DNA from: a virus | Taxonomy: Duplodnaviria > Caudoviricetes | Direction: 5' to 3' (one strand) | Length of the DNA: 64,000 bases | IMG/VR virus record: IMGVR_UViG_3300037418_000840 | In this document: positions 1 to 9,310 of the stretch, piece after piece | How the letters are laid out: each line of letters begins with the position of its first letter | How positions within the stretch are numbered: the first letter of the stretch is position 1 | Translations under genes and position numbers: made by a program | Notes under the pieces: model-generated | What the model was told of the DNA's origin: nothing | Database searches by the model: none | Seen by the model: the letters and a program-made list of their open reading frames with translations, nothing else

Positions 1-8
1 GCCACACA

Positions 9-389
9 ATGCAGGATAGTCCGCGTTTCATCATTGATTTGGTGGCGGACCTCGAATGGCAAATCTTTGATGTCGAAGCGCAGGGCACTCCGACTGTCTA
101 TTTGATGTATGTGATACCGGTCGCGTGCCCACCTTTCAACTATCAATTGATCTTGACGGTTTTCGATGGTGCGGCCGCCGCGGAAACCACAGTGCCTGAA
201 CTGCACGATGAACTGTGGTCGGTCCATTTTTATTCTGGTTCCGGCCCAGAGCAGTTCATGGACGAAGTATTCGACGTGATGTTCAATTACCTCGAAGACA
301 TCGCTCATCCACTGGAATTTGCGCTCGCATTTGGCGGGCTTGTCAAGAACAAAAGAGTAGTCAGCGCCCGGATGTCTGACACTCATTAG
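9..389 (+). CDS. hypothetical protein
   Basis: 126-aa ORF, co-oriented with downstream genes; no motif recognised; the start lies at the window edge and is uncertain. Confidence 0.55.
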   Translation: MQDSPRFIIDLVADLEWQIFDVEAQGTPTVYLMYVIPVACPPFNYQLILTVFDGAAAAETTVPELHDELWSVHFYSGSGPEQFMDEVFDVMFNYLEDIAHPLEFALAFGGLVKNKRVVSARMSDTH

Positions 390-417
390 CAGTATCCAAA
401 CCCATCGAGGTTCCTAC

Positions 418-1212
418 ATGTCCACCGAAGAGCTCTCACATGTCTATGGGTCGCTCGTAATCTCTGCTCAGAGTTCGGTCGATCCATTACCAGTCTTTAG
501 TCACCCGAAGACTCGAACGGGCGACCACTCCGGGACTACCAATCACAGTCGCTTGTTCAACACTGTGTTCTGGACGCTGGTCATTGGTCCTGATTCTGCT
601 ACCGACGTGGTAGCCCTTCCACAACGTGGTAAGTATTTGACAGTCGACACAGTCAGTGATTCTGGTGATCTGAGCGATTGTGTGAATCAAGAACTCGCTA
701 AGCGGTTGTCTGTTATTGACGTGCAGTTCCGCGGTGGTCGTCAGTTGTACAAGGTCTATCACATGATGAACGATGTGAAACTTGCACTTGACGCTGAATT
801 CGTCACCGTGATCAACAACGAAGCTGAGCACTCGTCGTTCAACATCCTGAGCACTGGCTTTTTGGTCGAGCTCTATGGTATATACGATGTAGTAAATAAC
901 TCAGTTCAGCTTGCGTGGTCGACTGACGAAGACTTTGTGGCGCGCTGCCGTAAGGTCGATCCCACGCGGTATGTCTTCTATCGGTATCCACCCGTGCTTG
1001 ACCGACCGCTGTTCATCTACACCCAGTACCTAGTATCGAAGTGGTGGAAGTGGTCACGAATGTACAATGGACGAGACGGATTACTTCGCGCCTTCAACGC
1101 GCTGGAAGTCTTCCTCTACAAAGATCCAACAATAATGATAGACGCGCGCAACGCCGTAACTGCGAACGTCACCGTAACTGAGCCAACCAATAGTGATTCT
1201 GATGTGAGTTAG
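418..1212 (+). CDS. hypothetical protein
   Basis: 264-aa ORF, GAGG SD upstream, ends 2 nt before the primase start. Confidence 0.7.
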   Translation: MSTEELSHVYGSLVISAQSSVDPLPVFSHPKTRTGDHSGTTNHSRLFNTVFWTLVIGPDSATDVVALPQRGKYLTVDTVSDSGDLSDCVNQELAKRLSVIDVQFRGGRQLYKVYHMMNDVKLALDAEFVTVINNEAEHSSFNILSTGFLVELYGIYDVVNNSVQLAWSTDEDFVARCRKVDPTRYVFYRYPPVLDRPLFIYTQYLVSKWWKWSRMYNGRDGLLRAFNALEVFLYKDPTIMIDARNAVTANVTVTEPTNSDSDVS

Positions 1213-1214
1213 TT

Positions 1215-2237
1215 ATGAACGATCCACTCTTGCGAGCAAATCGATCTGATTTCATTCGGAATCAGTTGGCGATGTTCTCCGGAGTAAAGCGTGAACAAGG
1301 CAATCGTCTGTTCATACTGTGCCCATTCCACTCAGAGAAAACTCCCAGCGGAAAGATTGACCGCAAGACTGGTCACTTCTGGTGCTTCGGATGCGGAGCC
1401 AACGTTAGCTGGGACGATCTCGCGACGAAAATTGGGTTACAGCCGTTCAAACGGGGGAAGCCGAAGGAAGAAGAGTCCATGAATCTCTTCATGGACAAAG
1501 CACTAGGCGCACTAACTGAGGACGCGCGTTACGAGCGGGGACGCTTCAAGTTCTGGCCTATACCGAAGGGTAAGCGCTGGCGTACGATCCCCACCGAAAC
1601 GTTGATCAAGCTCGGTGGTCGTATGTGTTTCAAGTGGAGCGAAGAATATCAGCGATGGGGAAAGACCAAGTTCATCTACTTGCCCGTAAAGATCAACGGT
1701 GAGAAGCACGGGTATTTCCTCGCCCGTCTAAAGAAGCATCCTGATTACCCGTCGTACATGCAGGCCAAGGCTGTTGGCGAAAGTCATTGGGTATTGACTC
1801 ATGGCCTCTGGCCGTTCGACATGGCGATCAAGCTAATGCGTCGCCTTGGATCGGACACCGTTGTATTGGTCGAAGGTCAGCGTGATGCCCTACGTTTGAT
1901 CCTTAGTGGAATTCCTGCCATCTGTATCTTTGGCACGCAATCGTGGTCTGATTCAAAGGCCAAGCTATTGGAAATTGCTGGAGTTCGTCAAGTGATCTTA
2001 CTGATGGACGGCGATTGTGCCGGACGCGAAGCTACGATAAAGATCGCGCCCAAAGCTCGTCGTCTCCTGAAAGTCAAGGTCCTCAAACTATGGAGCATGC
2101 CCGGCAGCCCGTGGCTTGATTTCGCGAAGTATCGCGAGCCGAGTAAGATGGCGAAAAAACGTGGGGTCTCTTTGTGGGACCCTGGGAACATGCCACAAAC
2201 TATCGTGGACAAAATCAAAGCGAAGTACTTTTCTTAG
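1215..2237 (+). CDS. dnaG: DNA primase (CHC2 Zn finger + TOPRIM)
   Basis: CPFHSEKTPS...FWCFGCG zinc finger; TOPRIM motifs LVEGQRDAL and MDGDCAG. Confidence 0.92.
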   Translation: MNDPLLRANRSDFIRNQLAMFSGVKREQGNRLFILCPFHSEKTPSGKIDRKTGHFWCFGCGANVSWDDLATKIGLQPFKRGKPKEEESMNLFMDKALGALTEDARYERGRFKFWPIPKGKRWRTIPTETLIKLGGRMCFKWSEEYQRWGKTKFIYLPVKINGEKHGYFLARLKKHPDYPSYMQAKAVGESHWVLTHGLWPFDMAIKLMRRLGSDTVVLVEGQRDALRLILSGIPAICIFGTQSWSDSKAKLLEIAGVRQVILLMDGDCAGREATIKIAPKARRLLKVKVLKLWSMPGSPWLDFAKYREPSKMAKKRGVSLWDPGNMPQTIVDKIKAKYFS

Positions 2238-2250
2238 TAGGGGTCACATC

Positions 2251-3015
2251 ATGGCAATTCTCCTTCGTCCACTTATCAAGTACGGACTCATCGCTCTTGC
2301 TGTGCTGGCCGTCTTGTTCGGCACCTACATGATGGGCCGGTCCAATGGTCACACGGCTGGTTATCAGGAAGCGTGGGCCAAGCAGCAGACAACCATTCAA
2401 GCGATGGTCGACAAGGAGAACGCACAGACCAGTGCGCAAAACGCCAAGATTTCGAAGCTGGAGCAAACTTCGTCACAGGTTACACAAGCGGCCGAAGTGC
2501 AGACTCAACAGCAGATCGTGACTGTGACGAAGGTGGTCACCAAGTACGTACACGACAATCCGAAAGTAGCCGCTTCATGTGGATGGGATCCGGCAACTGT
2601 TCAGGCTATCAACGGAGTGTTGGATAGTCAGAATCAATCGACAACCATCCAGAGTTCAACCAAACAAACCACACACGGAGTCCAAAATGAAGTCCAGCCT
2701 CGTATCGTCCGTACTCATTTGCTTGTCGCTCCTGCTCTTCGGCTGCGCCACGCCTCCGGCTCCAGCACCGCTGCCCATCGTTCAACCGAAACAACAAGTG
2801 AACATCGATCCCAGAGCGTTGCGCAAGTGTCCGCCGCTGCCTCAACTGGCAGTAGCGTCTTACAGTCAGGCGCAGTCTTTGAATATCATAGCGGTGTACG
2901 CGACCCTGTACGGAGAGTGTCAGCGTCGGATGTCCAACTTGTCGGACCTGACGTCGGACGCCTTCAATCTGACTCATCAAGTGGATCCGGCACCACTACC
3001 TCAACTCACGCCTGA
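2251..3015 (+). CDS. inner-membrane spanin (Rz-like), pair 1
   Basis: ATG 2251 after GGGG SD; N-terminal TM helix YGLIALAVLAVLFGTY, Q/A-rich coiled coil, Cys near the end of the periplasmic region; overlaps a lipoprotein gene in the +1 frame. Confidence 0.75.
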   Translation: MAILLRPLIKYGLIALAVLAVLFGTYMMGRSNGHTAGYQEAWAKQQTTIQAMVDKENAQTSAQNAKISKLEQTSSQVTQAAEVQTQQQIVTVTKVVTKYVHDNPKVAASCGWDPATVQAINGVLDSQNQSTTIQSSTKQTTHGVQNEVQPRIVRTHLLVAPALRLRHASGSSTAAHRSTETTSEHRSQSVAQVSAAASTGSSVLQSGAVFEYHSGVRDPVRRVSASDVQLVGPDVGRLQSDSSSGSGTTTSTHA

Positions 3016-3061
3016 CGTCAAGCCCGACGAATATCTGAACTCCTTGCCACTTAGTAAATAA
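2687..3061 (+). CDS. outer-membrane spanin lipoprotein (Rz1-like), pair 1
   Basis: GGAG SD, ATG 2687; signal peptide with lipobox LLFGC, Pro-rich linker, CPPLP...YGEC. Confidence 0.8.
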   Translation: MKSSLVSSVLICLSLLLFGCATPPAPAPLPIVQPKQQVNIDPRALRKCPPLPQLAVASYSQAQSLNIIAVYATLYGECQRRMSNLSDLTSDAFNLTHQVDPAPLPQLTPDVKPDEYLNSLPLSK

Positions 3062-3119
3062 GTAGGCAACCGCCAAGTCGGTCGGTCGATCTCCCAACCA
3101 ACCTAGGATCCACTTTCAA

Positions 3120-4202
3120 ATGAGCAAGAACGAAGAACTCGATGTAACCGATTTCTTGACCGAAGGCAGCGTTTGGCAGCGTAAGAAAGGCAAGCGCAAG
3201 GGCCAAGAAGTGAAACTGCTTCATCTCACCAACTTGCCGCTGATCGAAACGGCCGCAGCCGAAGAGCATCCGGTGCGCGTCGTCTACGCCAACGAGAAGG
3301 GCGACGTACACGACCGCACGGTCGACGACTTCTGCGAAGTCTACCGTTTCCATCATGTGGACGGTAAGCTCGAGGCGCGTCTCAATGCGTTGTTGGCCTT
3401 TGACGAGCCGGAAGACGACGAGGAAGAGGAAGACGAGGAAGAAGACGACGGCGATTCGGATGGCAGCGACGCGATCGATGCTGCGTTCGGTGGCGCGACC
3501 TTGCCAACCGCATCGGCCCAAGAAGTCACAGCAAAGCGTGGCACGTTCGCGGACACGTTGCTCGACGACCTGAGCCGCAACGAGCCGGCACATTCGAACC
3601 TCGACCTCAAGTTCGTGCTTTCGGATATCGATGGATACGCGAAGCCCGCACTCACGTCGGCTGATCTCGAGCAAGCCCTCGTCAGCTACGTGCAAGAACC
3701 CGCGTGGTCGCATGGACTGTTGGCCCACCGACTGGTCTTCTGTCTCAACGACAAGGTAACGATCGCGTCATTGCGTGAAGTGTTCGAACCTTCGGGCGCA
3801 ATCGATACGGTCGCATCGTTCAGCGGCGTGGTCGCTGGTGAAGAGATCGAAGTTCCGTGGACCACCTGGATCGGCGTCTTCCCGGAAGTGTTCCATGGTG
3901 CGCACTACGCTGCGGTCCACGTCGGAACCGAATACGTGGCGAACATCGCCGGAGCCGAAGATGAAACGCCGGAAGAAGACGACGCGACGGATGCTACGCC
4001 TGCAAGTTCGGCAACGACCGAAGCAAGCCCGACGCCTGCGGAACCGGTCGCTGTTCAGCAGCCGGAGGCGGTCAGCGCAGCGCCGGAACCCGTCGTGGTG
4101 CCTAATGCGCCCGCGCCGACTGTTGCTCAATCGCCGGTCCCGGTCCCGGCTCAGGCTGAAGTTGCACCTGCTGCGCCAGCGGCTCCAAGCGTGACGCAGT
4201 AA
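3120..4202 (+). CDS. acidic hypothetical protein, DUF1653-like N-terminus, Pro/Ala-rich tail
   Basis: 360 aa; VVYANEKGDVHDRTVDDF resembles DUF1653 SH3-like domains (weak); D/E tract; followed by a terminator. Confidence 0.75.
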   Translation: MSKNEELDVTDFLTEGSVWQRKKGKRKGQEVKLLHLTNLPLIETAAAEEHPVRVVYANEKGDVHDRTVDDFCEVYRFHHVDGKLEARLNALLAFDEPEDDEEEEDEEEDDGDSDGSDAIDAAFGGATLPTASAQEVTAKRGTFADTLLDDLSRNEPAHSNLDLKFVLSDIDGYAKPALTSADLEQALVSYVQEPAWSHGLLAHRLVFCLNDKVTIASLREVFEPSGAIDTVASFSGVVAGEEIEVPWTTWIGVFPEVFHGAHYAAVHVGTEYVANIAGAEDETPEEDDATDATPASSATTEASPTPAEPVAVQQPEAVSAAPEPVVVPNAPAPTVAQSPVPVPAQAEVAPAAPAAPSVTQ

Positions 4203-4221
4203 CAAGAAGACGTTCTACGAA

Positions 4222-4258
4222 GACCCGACCTGGAATTCCCTTCTCGGTCGGGTTTTTG
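4222..4258 (+). terminator. intrinsic terminator
   Basis: ACCCGACC / GGTCGGGT stem followed by TTTT. Confidence 0.75.
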
Positions 4259-4297
4259 TGGATTCATACACGAAATTCTACCTTAGACGGAAATAGA

Positions 4298-5332
4298 ATG
4301 AGCCTCAAGATCTCAGCCGGGGACTACGGCATAGCGAAGATGGGTGCCGAAGACGGAAAGGGTAAGACCTTTCTGTTCAAGGCTACTGCGGTTCACAACG
4401 GAATCGTGACTGGTATCCTAACCAAAGACTCGCACATACGGCGGGATCGTGAGCCTATCGAAGTCCGCACCAAAGACCTGTTGGCGGTTCTGGGTGACGA
4501 TCCGTTTCCAGGAAAGAGTTTCGGCTGCGATACGTCCATGATCTATCGTGGCCGCAAGACTCATGACGTCTGGGGTCCAATCTATTGGTTCTACAAGCCC
4601 GAAAAAGAAACGGGGCGTGCTGTAATGGCGGCCTTCGATAAGACGGCTAAGGTCATCACGCGACATGGGTTGGACTTCGCAATCGATCCGTCGACTTGCG
4701 TGTGGGAGATCGTGGTCTTCAACGGCGAGAAGTATGCTGGCATGTACAAACCCTCGCGGAACCCGGACAAGGTTCCACATCGGTTTCATATTCGCCCCGA
4801 GATCATGCAGGCACCAGAATACCCGTATGTGATCTACCATGAATTCGGTCACCATATCCACAATGGGTTTGTCACCAGTCGGAAGCTGAACGCTGCGTGG
4901 GTCAGGCTTTACAATACGAGCATTCGCGTCAAGTCCATACCCAAGGACAAGTCGTTGGAACTGTTGGACGGCCTTCTCTCGTCGCCAGAAAATCGGCCGT
5001 CGGACTATAAGTCCAATTTGAGTGAAGACGACGAATTGGTCTACAAGCTGATTCTCAGGCATATCAGCCGTGACTACAGTTTGTCGCCACGCGAGCTCGA
5101 CTTGCTGTTCGAGGCCGAGTACTATGACGACATCCGCAATGTGTGGCCCACACGCGGTGTCTCGCGCAAGGACTTGGCACCAATCGTCACCGAGTACGCG
5201 ACCAAGAACGTCAAGGAACTGTTCGCCGAAGCCTTCGCCTTCCATATGGTGGGCAAGAAGCTGCCCAAGGACGTGCAGGCCCTGCTCGAGAAATCGTTGT
5301 CATACGCCAAGGCTAATCATGAGAAGAGGTAA
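4298..5332 (+). CDS. putative zinc metallopeptidase (zincin)
   Basis: HEFGH (HEXXH) plus downstream ELFAEAF third-ligand motif; 344 aa from ATG 4298. Confidence 0.75.
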   Translation: MSLKISAGDYGIAKMGAEDGKGKTFLFKATAVHNGIVTGILTKDSHIRRDREPIEVRTKDLLAVLGDDPFPGKSFGCDTSMIYRGRKTHDVWGPIYWFYKPEKETGRAVMAAFDKTAKVITRHGLDFAIDPSTCVWEIVVFNGEKYAGMYKPSRNPDKVPHRFHIRPEIMQAPEYPYVIYHEFGHHIHNGFVTSRKLNAAWVRLYNTSIRVKSIPKDKSLELLDGLLSSPENRPSDYKSNLSEDDELVYKLILRHISRDYSLSPRELDLLFEAEYYDDIRNVWPTRGVSRKDLAPIVTEYATKNVKELFAEAFAFHMVGKKLPKDVQALLEKSLSYAKANHEKR

Positions 5333-5334
5333 TC

Positions 5335-5574
5335 ATGCGCGAAATTGTTCCTGGAGTGTGGTCGACAGTTCCACACGGAGGTACAGTGCTCCTAGAGAAA
5401 GGCGATATTGTACCTCTGAAGAAGTCCACGGCCACCAGCCTGTCTGAGGAAGATATGAAGTATATCTTCTCAGCACCAACAGTGGAAGAGGGCGCGCGAC
5501 GTATGTGTGAGATAGAAGATCGAATTTGGTTGGAATTGGTTTTATCTGCGATAGCACCGGATGAATCCAAATGA
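5335..5574 (+). CDS. hypothetical protein
   Basis: 79 aa, GAGG SD, overlaps the next start (ATGA). Confidence 0.6.
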   Translation: MREIVPGVWSTVPHGGTVLLEKGDIVPLKKSTATSLSEEDMKYIFSAPTVEEGARRMCEIEDRIWLELVLSAIAPDESK

Positions 5575-5756
5575 AGATGCCGCCCCTACGCAAGCCCGGG
5601 ACCCTTAGGGCGATCGACGCGCTCTACATAGAAGCTGCTCCAGATGATGAGCAACGCCAACAGCGAATACGGGACGTCAACGAACGTCTTGCACTTGAAC
5701 TCTACTTCAATACCACGGATCTGCAATGTATAGAATCGATGCTCAGGGACGAGTGA
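5571..5756 (+). CDS. hypothetical protein
   Basis: 61 aa, translationally coupled on both sides. Confidence 0.6.
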   Translation: MKMPPLRKPGTLRAIDALYIEAAPDDEQRQQRIRDVNERLALELYFNTTDLQCIESMLRDE

Positions 5757-6031
5757 TCGTTGACTATTGGCCGCCCTTCCGTCGTGCAGTAGAAGCGGCT
5801 ATGAAAGACCTCAAGATCGAGATGGAGCCCGGAGGCGTTCCACAGAATGTGTGGAACATAGGGGTCGCCACTGCAGTCCAATATCTGGAGCAGCAGCGGC
5901 CTAAGTGTTTCGAGTGTACAGTCCCACTCCACGGCAATGACATTCGATGTCTCGACTGTCGCATGGTCTTTTGTCCCGGATGCGCTGCCCGCCATTTCTG
6001 GCCCAATGGGAGGCCCGAGAATGTTCGTTAG
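5753..6031 (+). CDS. hypothetical protein with Cys-rich Zn-binding motif
   Basis: GTGA overlap start; CFEC...CLDC...CPGC. Confidence 0.6.
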   Translation: MIVDYWPPFRRAVEAAMKDLKIEMEPGGVPQNVWNIGVATAVQYLEQQRPKCFECTVPLHGNDIRCLDCRMVFCPGCAARHFWPNGRPENVR

Positions 6032-6254
6032 CTCGCCTACATACCTGACGTGCCCGCGCTGCTACGTGATAATTCAGGTGTCGGGCTGCTCTCATTCGTG
6101 TACGTCTACCGCTGGATACTTCAATCAGGTGACGACGGCCACTCTATCAATTCCTACGTCGCCGCGTAATAGAGAGGGCACCGGTCGGCCTAAGAACAAG
6201 CCCTACTATCGCGCGTTCGAGAAACAGCGTCCGCCAAAGAGGATCCGAAAGTAA
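6021..6254 (+). CDS. small Cys/basic hypothetical protein
   Basis: ATG 6021 after GGAGG; CPRC...CSHSC and a basic tail. Confidence 0.5.
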   Translation: MFVSSPTYLTCPRCYVIIQVSGCSHSCTSTAGYFNQVTTATLSIPTSPRNREGTGRPKNKPYYRAFEKQRPPKRIRK

Positions 6255-6454
6255 TGCCTACCATTACCCATGAAGATCTTGAGAGTGATGATCCTTTCAC
6301 GATCGACTTTATGGAGCAAATCCTGGTCGAAGAGGATCGCCGTTTCTTTGAATCGTTACCCGATGTCATTGCGGCGGCCGCGCGCCGTCGTCGTCTGAAG
6401 GCCAATCGCCGCAAGAAGCAGGCTCGTGCTCGCACTGGACGGAGAACCAAATGA
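6254..6454 (+). CDS. hypothetical protein (acidic N-terminus, Arg-rich C-terminus)
   Basis: 66 aa, TAATG overlap with the upstream gene. Confidence 0.6.
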   Translation: MPTITHEDLESDDPFTIDFMEQILVEEDRRFFESLPDVIAAAARRRRLKANRRKKQARARTGRRTK

Positions 6455-6831
6455 AGTTACTGACCAAGCCCGGCACTGCGACTGAAACAGTGACCATAGG
6501 TGGGACTACGACTGAAACAGTGACCAGAGTCAATATCCTAGGACTCCTAGGTGGTGGCCCCTTGTTTGTCCGAAAAGAAGTAGTCCGGCACTCACCTTCG
6601 TATAGTTTTGCTGGACGAACGACAGTTTCTCCAGTGGTTATCGATTTTGAGAACAGTGAGATCCCGGTTGTAGAACCACCTTCCTCGTGGTCGTCTGAGT
6701 ATCGGAATACTGTCGACTATGACTTGGACTTCGATGGTGTAGTCTATCGTCTGATCAACGTGATACCAATCGAATCGCTAGATCAGAATATCTGGCGCTG
6801 TTCGATCGACCGTTTCGAGATCAATCCATGA
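6451..6831 (+). CDS. hypothetical protein
   Basis: 126 aa, ATGA overlap, GGAG SD. Confidence 0.65.
   Translation: MKLLTKPGTATETVTIGGTTTETVTRVNILGLLGGGPLFVRKEVVRHSPSYSFAGRTTVSPVVIDFENSEIPVVEPPSSWSSEYRNTVDYDLDFDGVVYRLINVIPIESLDQNIWRCSIDRFEINP
6479..6526 (+). repeat. in-frame 30-bp-period direct repeat
   Basis: CGACTGAAACAGTGACCA at 6479-6496 and 6509-6526 (encodes TETVT twice). Confidence 0.85.
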
Positions 6832-7220
6832 AGCAACACTACAGAGCGAAAGATTTCCCGTTGGATCAGCCGCGATCAAACTTCACCACGATAGCCGACT
6901 TCATGTCGGCTGTTGTTGATGTTCCGCACGTATTGATCGACCGGCTGACCTATGCGTGTCTGGCCAACGAATTCGAGACGGTGCAGGATCATGTACGACT
7001 GGCGTCGTCACGTGCGCGCCAGTGTGGATTCCTGTGCTACTTGGGACCGGCCCTGATCTTCACTGATGCATTCCTAGCGCCAGAGCAGCGTTGGATCAAC
7101 CAAGAACCTTGGGACGATAACGGGCGACCGCAGTACATCAAGGTCGCTGTGCCCAAACCTTTCATCCCATTCACGGAGGTCTGTACCCATGACAACCCTG
7201 GAATCCAAATTCATCGATAA
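6828..7220 (+). CDS. hypothetical protein
   Basis: 130 aa, ATGA overlap. Confidence 0.6.
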   Translation: MKQHYRAKDFPLDQPRSNFTTIADFMSAVVDVPHVLIDRLTYACLANEFETVQDHVRLASSRARQCGFLCYLGPALIFTDAFLAPEQRWINQEPWDDNGRPQYIKVAVPKPFIPFTEVCTHDNPGIQIHR

Positions 7221-7455
7221 GCTGGAACGCTTCGCCAACGACGGGCGCACCGTCTGTGTCAACTCAGAGATCCTCAAGGGGCTCATCAGTTACGTTCGGC
7301 TCCTGGAGAAAGTCTCCTGGCATGCCGATGAAGCAAGTCCGATCGTGGCGCAGACTTGTCCAGGCAAAAGTCAGTCACTCAACGACAAGATTGCACAAGC
7401 CATTGCAGAAGCCAAGCACGTAAATAACCTGTGTACCACTTTCCTTAAGGATTGA
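7189..7455 (+). CDS. hypothetical protein
   Basis: 88 aa, GGAGG SD at about 7175. Confidence 0.6.
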   Translation: MTTLESKFIDKLERFANDGRTVCVNSEILKGLISYVRLLEKVSWHADEASPIVAQTCPGKSQSLNDKIAQAIAEAKHVNNLCTTFLKD

Positions 7456-7458
7456 ACT

Positions 7459-8178
7459 ATGATCGACCATCCGTGCCCCGAAACACGTTCACGCGTGCTC
7501 CTCATCCAAGGTTTGCCCGGTTCCGGGAAGACGACGTTGGCCCGTCACATCAAAGAGCGCCTCAATGCAGTCCACATCAACGCGGACTGGGCACGCACGA
7601 CCATCACGTCACACTTGGGTTTCAAGTTCGAGGACCGCGTGAAACAGGCAACGGCGCTTGGTCAGATGGCACGATTGATCCAGGACAACGGCCAGTGGGT
7701 GATCGTCGACTTCGTATGCCCATTGCCTCAAACGCGTCACGCCTTCATGTATCACTTCCTCAAGCGCAGTGACGTATTCAGCGTATGGATGGACACCATC
7801 AAAGAGGGTCGCTTCGAAGATACGAACAAGATGTACAAGAAGCCGGCCGAGGATGCATATGACTATCGGGTCTTGAACTATCTCGATGATGACATGTTCA
7901 ACCGCGTGGCTGACGAGATCGTGACCCAAGTGACGGCAGGCCACGCCACGTTCTACATCCGCTACAACACGCTGTCCGACGGCAAGTCCAAGCAGTGGCG
8001 TGTGATCCGGGCCTTGACCGGCGAAGAAACGCTGTGTGATTCATTCGATCTTCGCGGCCATATGGTTCCCGCGATGACCATCGAACACGACGTGCGCAAA
8101 TGGAATGTGGGAGTCACTGGCTTCGGCGCCTTCCTTACCAAAGAAGACGGCACAGTCCAATTCGTTCTCAAGTATTGA
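7459..8178 (+). CDS. adenylyl-sulfate (APS) kinase-like P-loop kinase with C-terminal extra domain
   Basis: LLIQGLPGSGKTTLA Walker A, INADWAR, VIVDFVCP, WMDTIKEGRFEDTNKMY, as in phage CysC-like proteins; AAGGA SD. Confidence 0.72.
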   Translation: MIDHPCPETRSRVLLIQGLPGSGKTTLARHIKERLNAVHINADWARTTITSHLGFKFEDRVKQATALGQMARLIQDNGQWVIVDFVCPLPQTRHAFMYHFLKRSDVFSVWMDTIKEGRFEDTNKMYKKPAEDAYDYRVLNYLDDDMFNRVADEIVTQVTAGHATFYIRYNTLSDGKSKQWRVIRALTGEETLCDSFDLRGHMVPAMTIEHDVRKWNVGVTGFGAFLTKEDGTVQFVLKY

Positions 8179-8185
8179 GGCCCTC

Positions 8186-9310
8186 ATGCTAGGTTATGAT
8201 TTGATCGTTGTCGGCGCTGGTATGACGGGTGCTACCTTCGCGCGTGTAAAGGCCGAGCAGTACCATGCGCGGGTGCTGGTCATCGATCAGCGTCGTCATA
8301 TCGGCGGCAACTGTTACGACCGCTATGAGCGTGGCTTTGGTTTGGTCCACATGTATGGTCCTCATCTATTCCATACGAATAGTGAGAAGATTGTGAACTT
8401 CCTTTCGCGATTCACTGACTGGGTGCCGTACGAGCATCGTGTCCAGGTCGAGGTTCATGGCGAACGCCACCCCATGCCGGTCAACATGGAAACCATTGAG
8501 CGCCTGTTCCCTTCTCACATCGCGGACTCGATGCTCGCCACCTTGACTGAAGTCTGTAACGTGGGTGACACCTTGTCGCTCATGGAGCTTAAACAGATGA
8601 CCGAGCAGTTCAGCAATCTGGTGCCGCTGTACCAGATCGTATTCGAGAAGATCTTCCGACCGTATTCAGAGAAGCAGTGGGGGACGTCGATCGACCGCGT
8701 GGACGAAACGGTTTTGAAGCGAGTGCCTTTACGTCTCAGCTACGACAGCCGCTACTTCACTGATCGGTTCCAAGCTCTTCCTGGGGAAGGTTATACTGAG
8801 ATGTTCAGCAACATGCTGGATCATCCGAATATCCATGTAATGACCGGCACTCCTTGGTCAGCTATCGAGCGCTTCTGGTCACCGCAGGATACACAGGTCT
8901 TCTGGACTGGATCAATCGACCAACTGCTGGACTACAAGTTCGGCCCACTGCCCTACAGATCACTGACTTTCAGTCATGTGTCAGGCCCTGCACTCCCCGT
9001 AGGGACTGTCAACATGCCGATGGACGTACACTATACGCGGGTCACTGACCAGTCGTTCATCAATACGCATCCAGTGCGAGACACGCATCTGCTGACCTAC
9101 GAAACGCCGATGGACTACGATCACACGAATCCTGATCACGTGCCGTACTATCCAGTGGCTGCGGGCAAACACCGATACGAACAGTACGTGGCAGAAGCCG
9201 AGGCTGGCGATCTGCCATATATCTTTGGTGGCCGACTTGGGTCCTTCCAGTATTTGAATATGGACCAAGCGTGTGCTCAGGCCCTCAACCTCGCAGGATA
9301 TAAAGAATGA
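8186..9310 (+). CDS. glf: UDP-galactopyranose mutase
   Basis: FAD motif LIVVGAGMTG; RRHIGGNCYD, HMYGPHLFHT, YSEKQWG, YFTDRFQALP, PYYP, GRLGSFQYLNMDQ. Confidence 0.93.
   Translation: MLGYDLIVVGAGMTGATFARVKAEQYHARVLVIDQRRHIGGNCYDRYERGFGLVHMYGPHLFHTNSEKIVNFLSRFTDWVPYEHRVQVEVHGERHPMPVNMETIERLFPSHIADSMLATLTEVCNVGDTLSLMELKQMTEQFSNLVPLYQIVFEKIFRPYSEKQWGTSIDRVDETVLKRVPLRLSYDSRYFTDRFQALPGEGYTEMFSNMLDHPNIHVMTGTPWSAIERFWSPQDTQVFWTGSIDQLLDYKFGPLPYRSLTFSHVSGPALPVGTVNMPMDVHYTRVTDQSFINTHPVRDTHLLTYETPMDYDHTNPDHVPYYPVAAGKHRYEQYVAEAEAGDLPYIFGGRLGSFQYLNMDQACAQALNLAGYKE

Noticed and set aside
2116-2250. Extended TTG start for the 299-aa ORF overlapping the primase
   Set aside because: The TM helix and SD fit ATG 2251; the upstream part is out-of-frame primase sequence.
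6479-6526. 30-bp tandem duplication as a regulatory or mobile-element scar
   Set aside because: It is in-frame within a small ORF, has only two copies, and shows no flanking element features; listed as a plain repeat.
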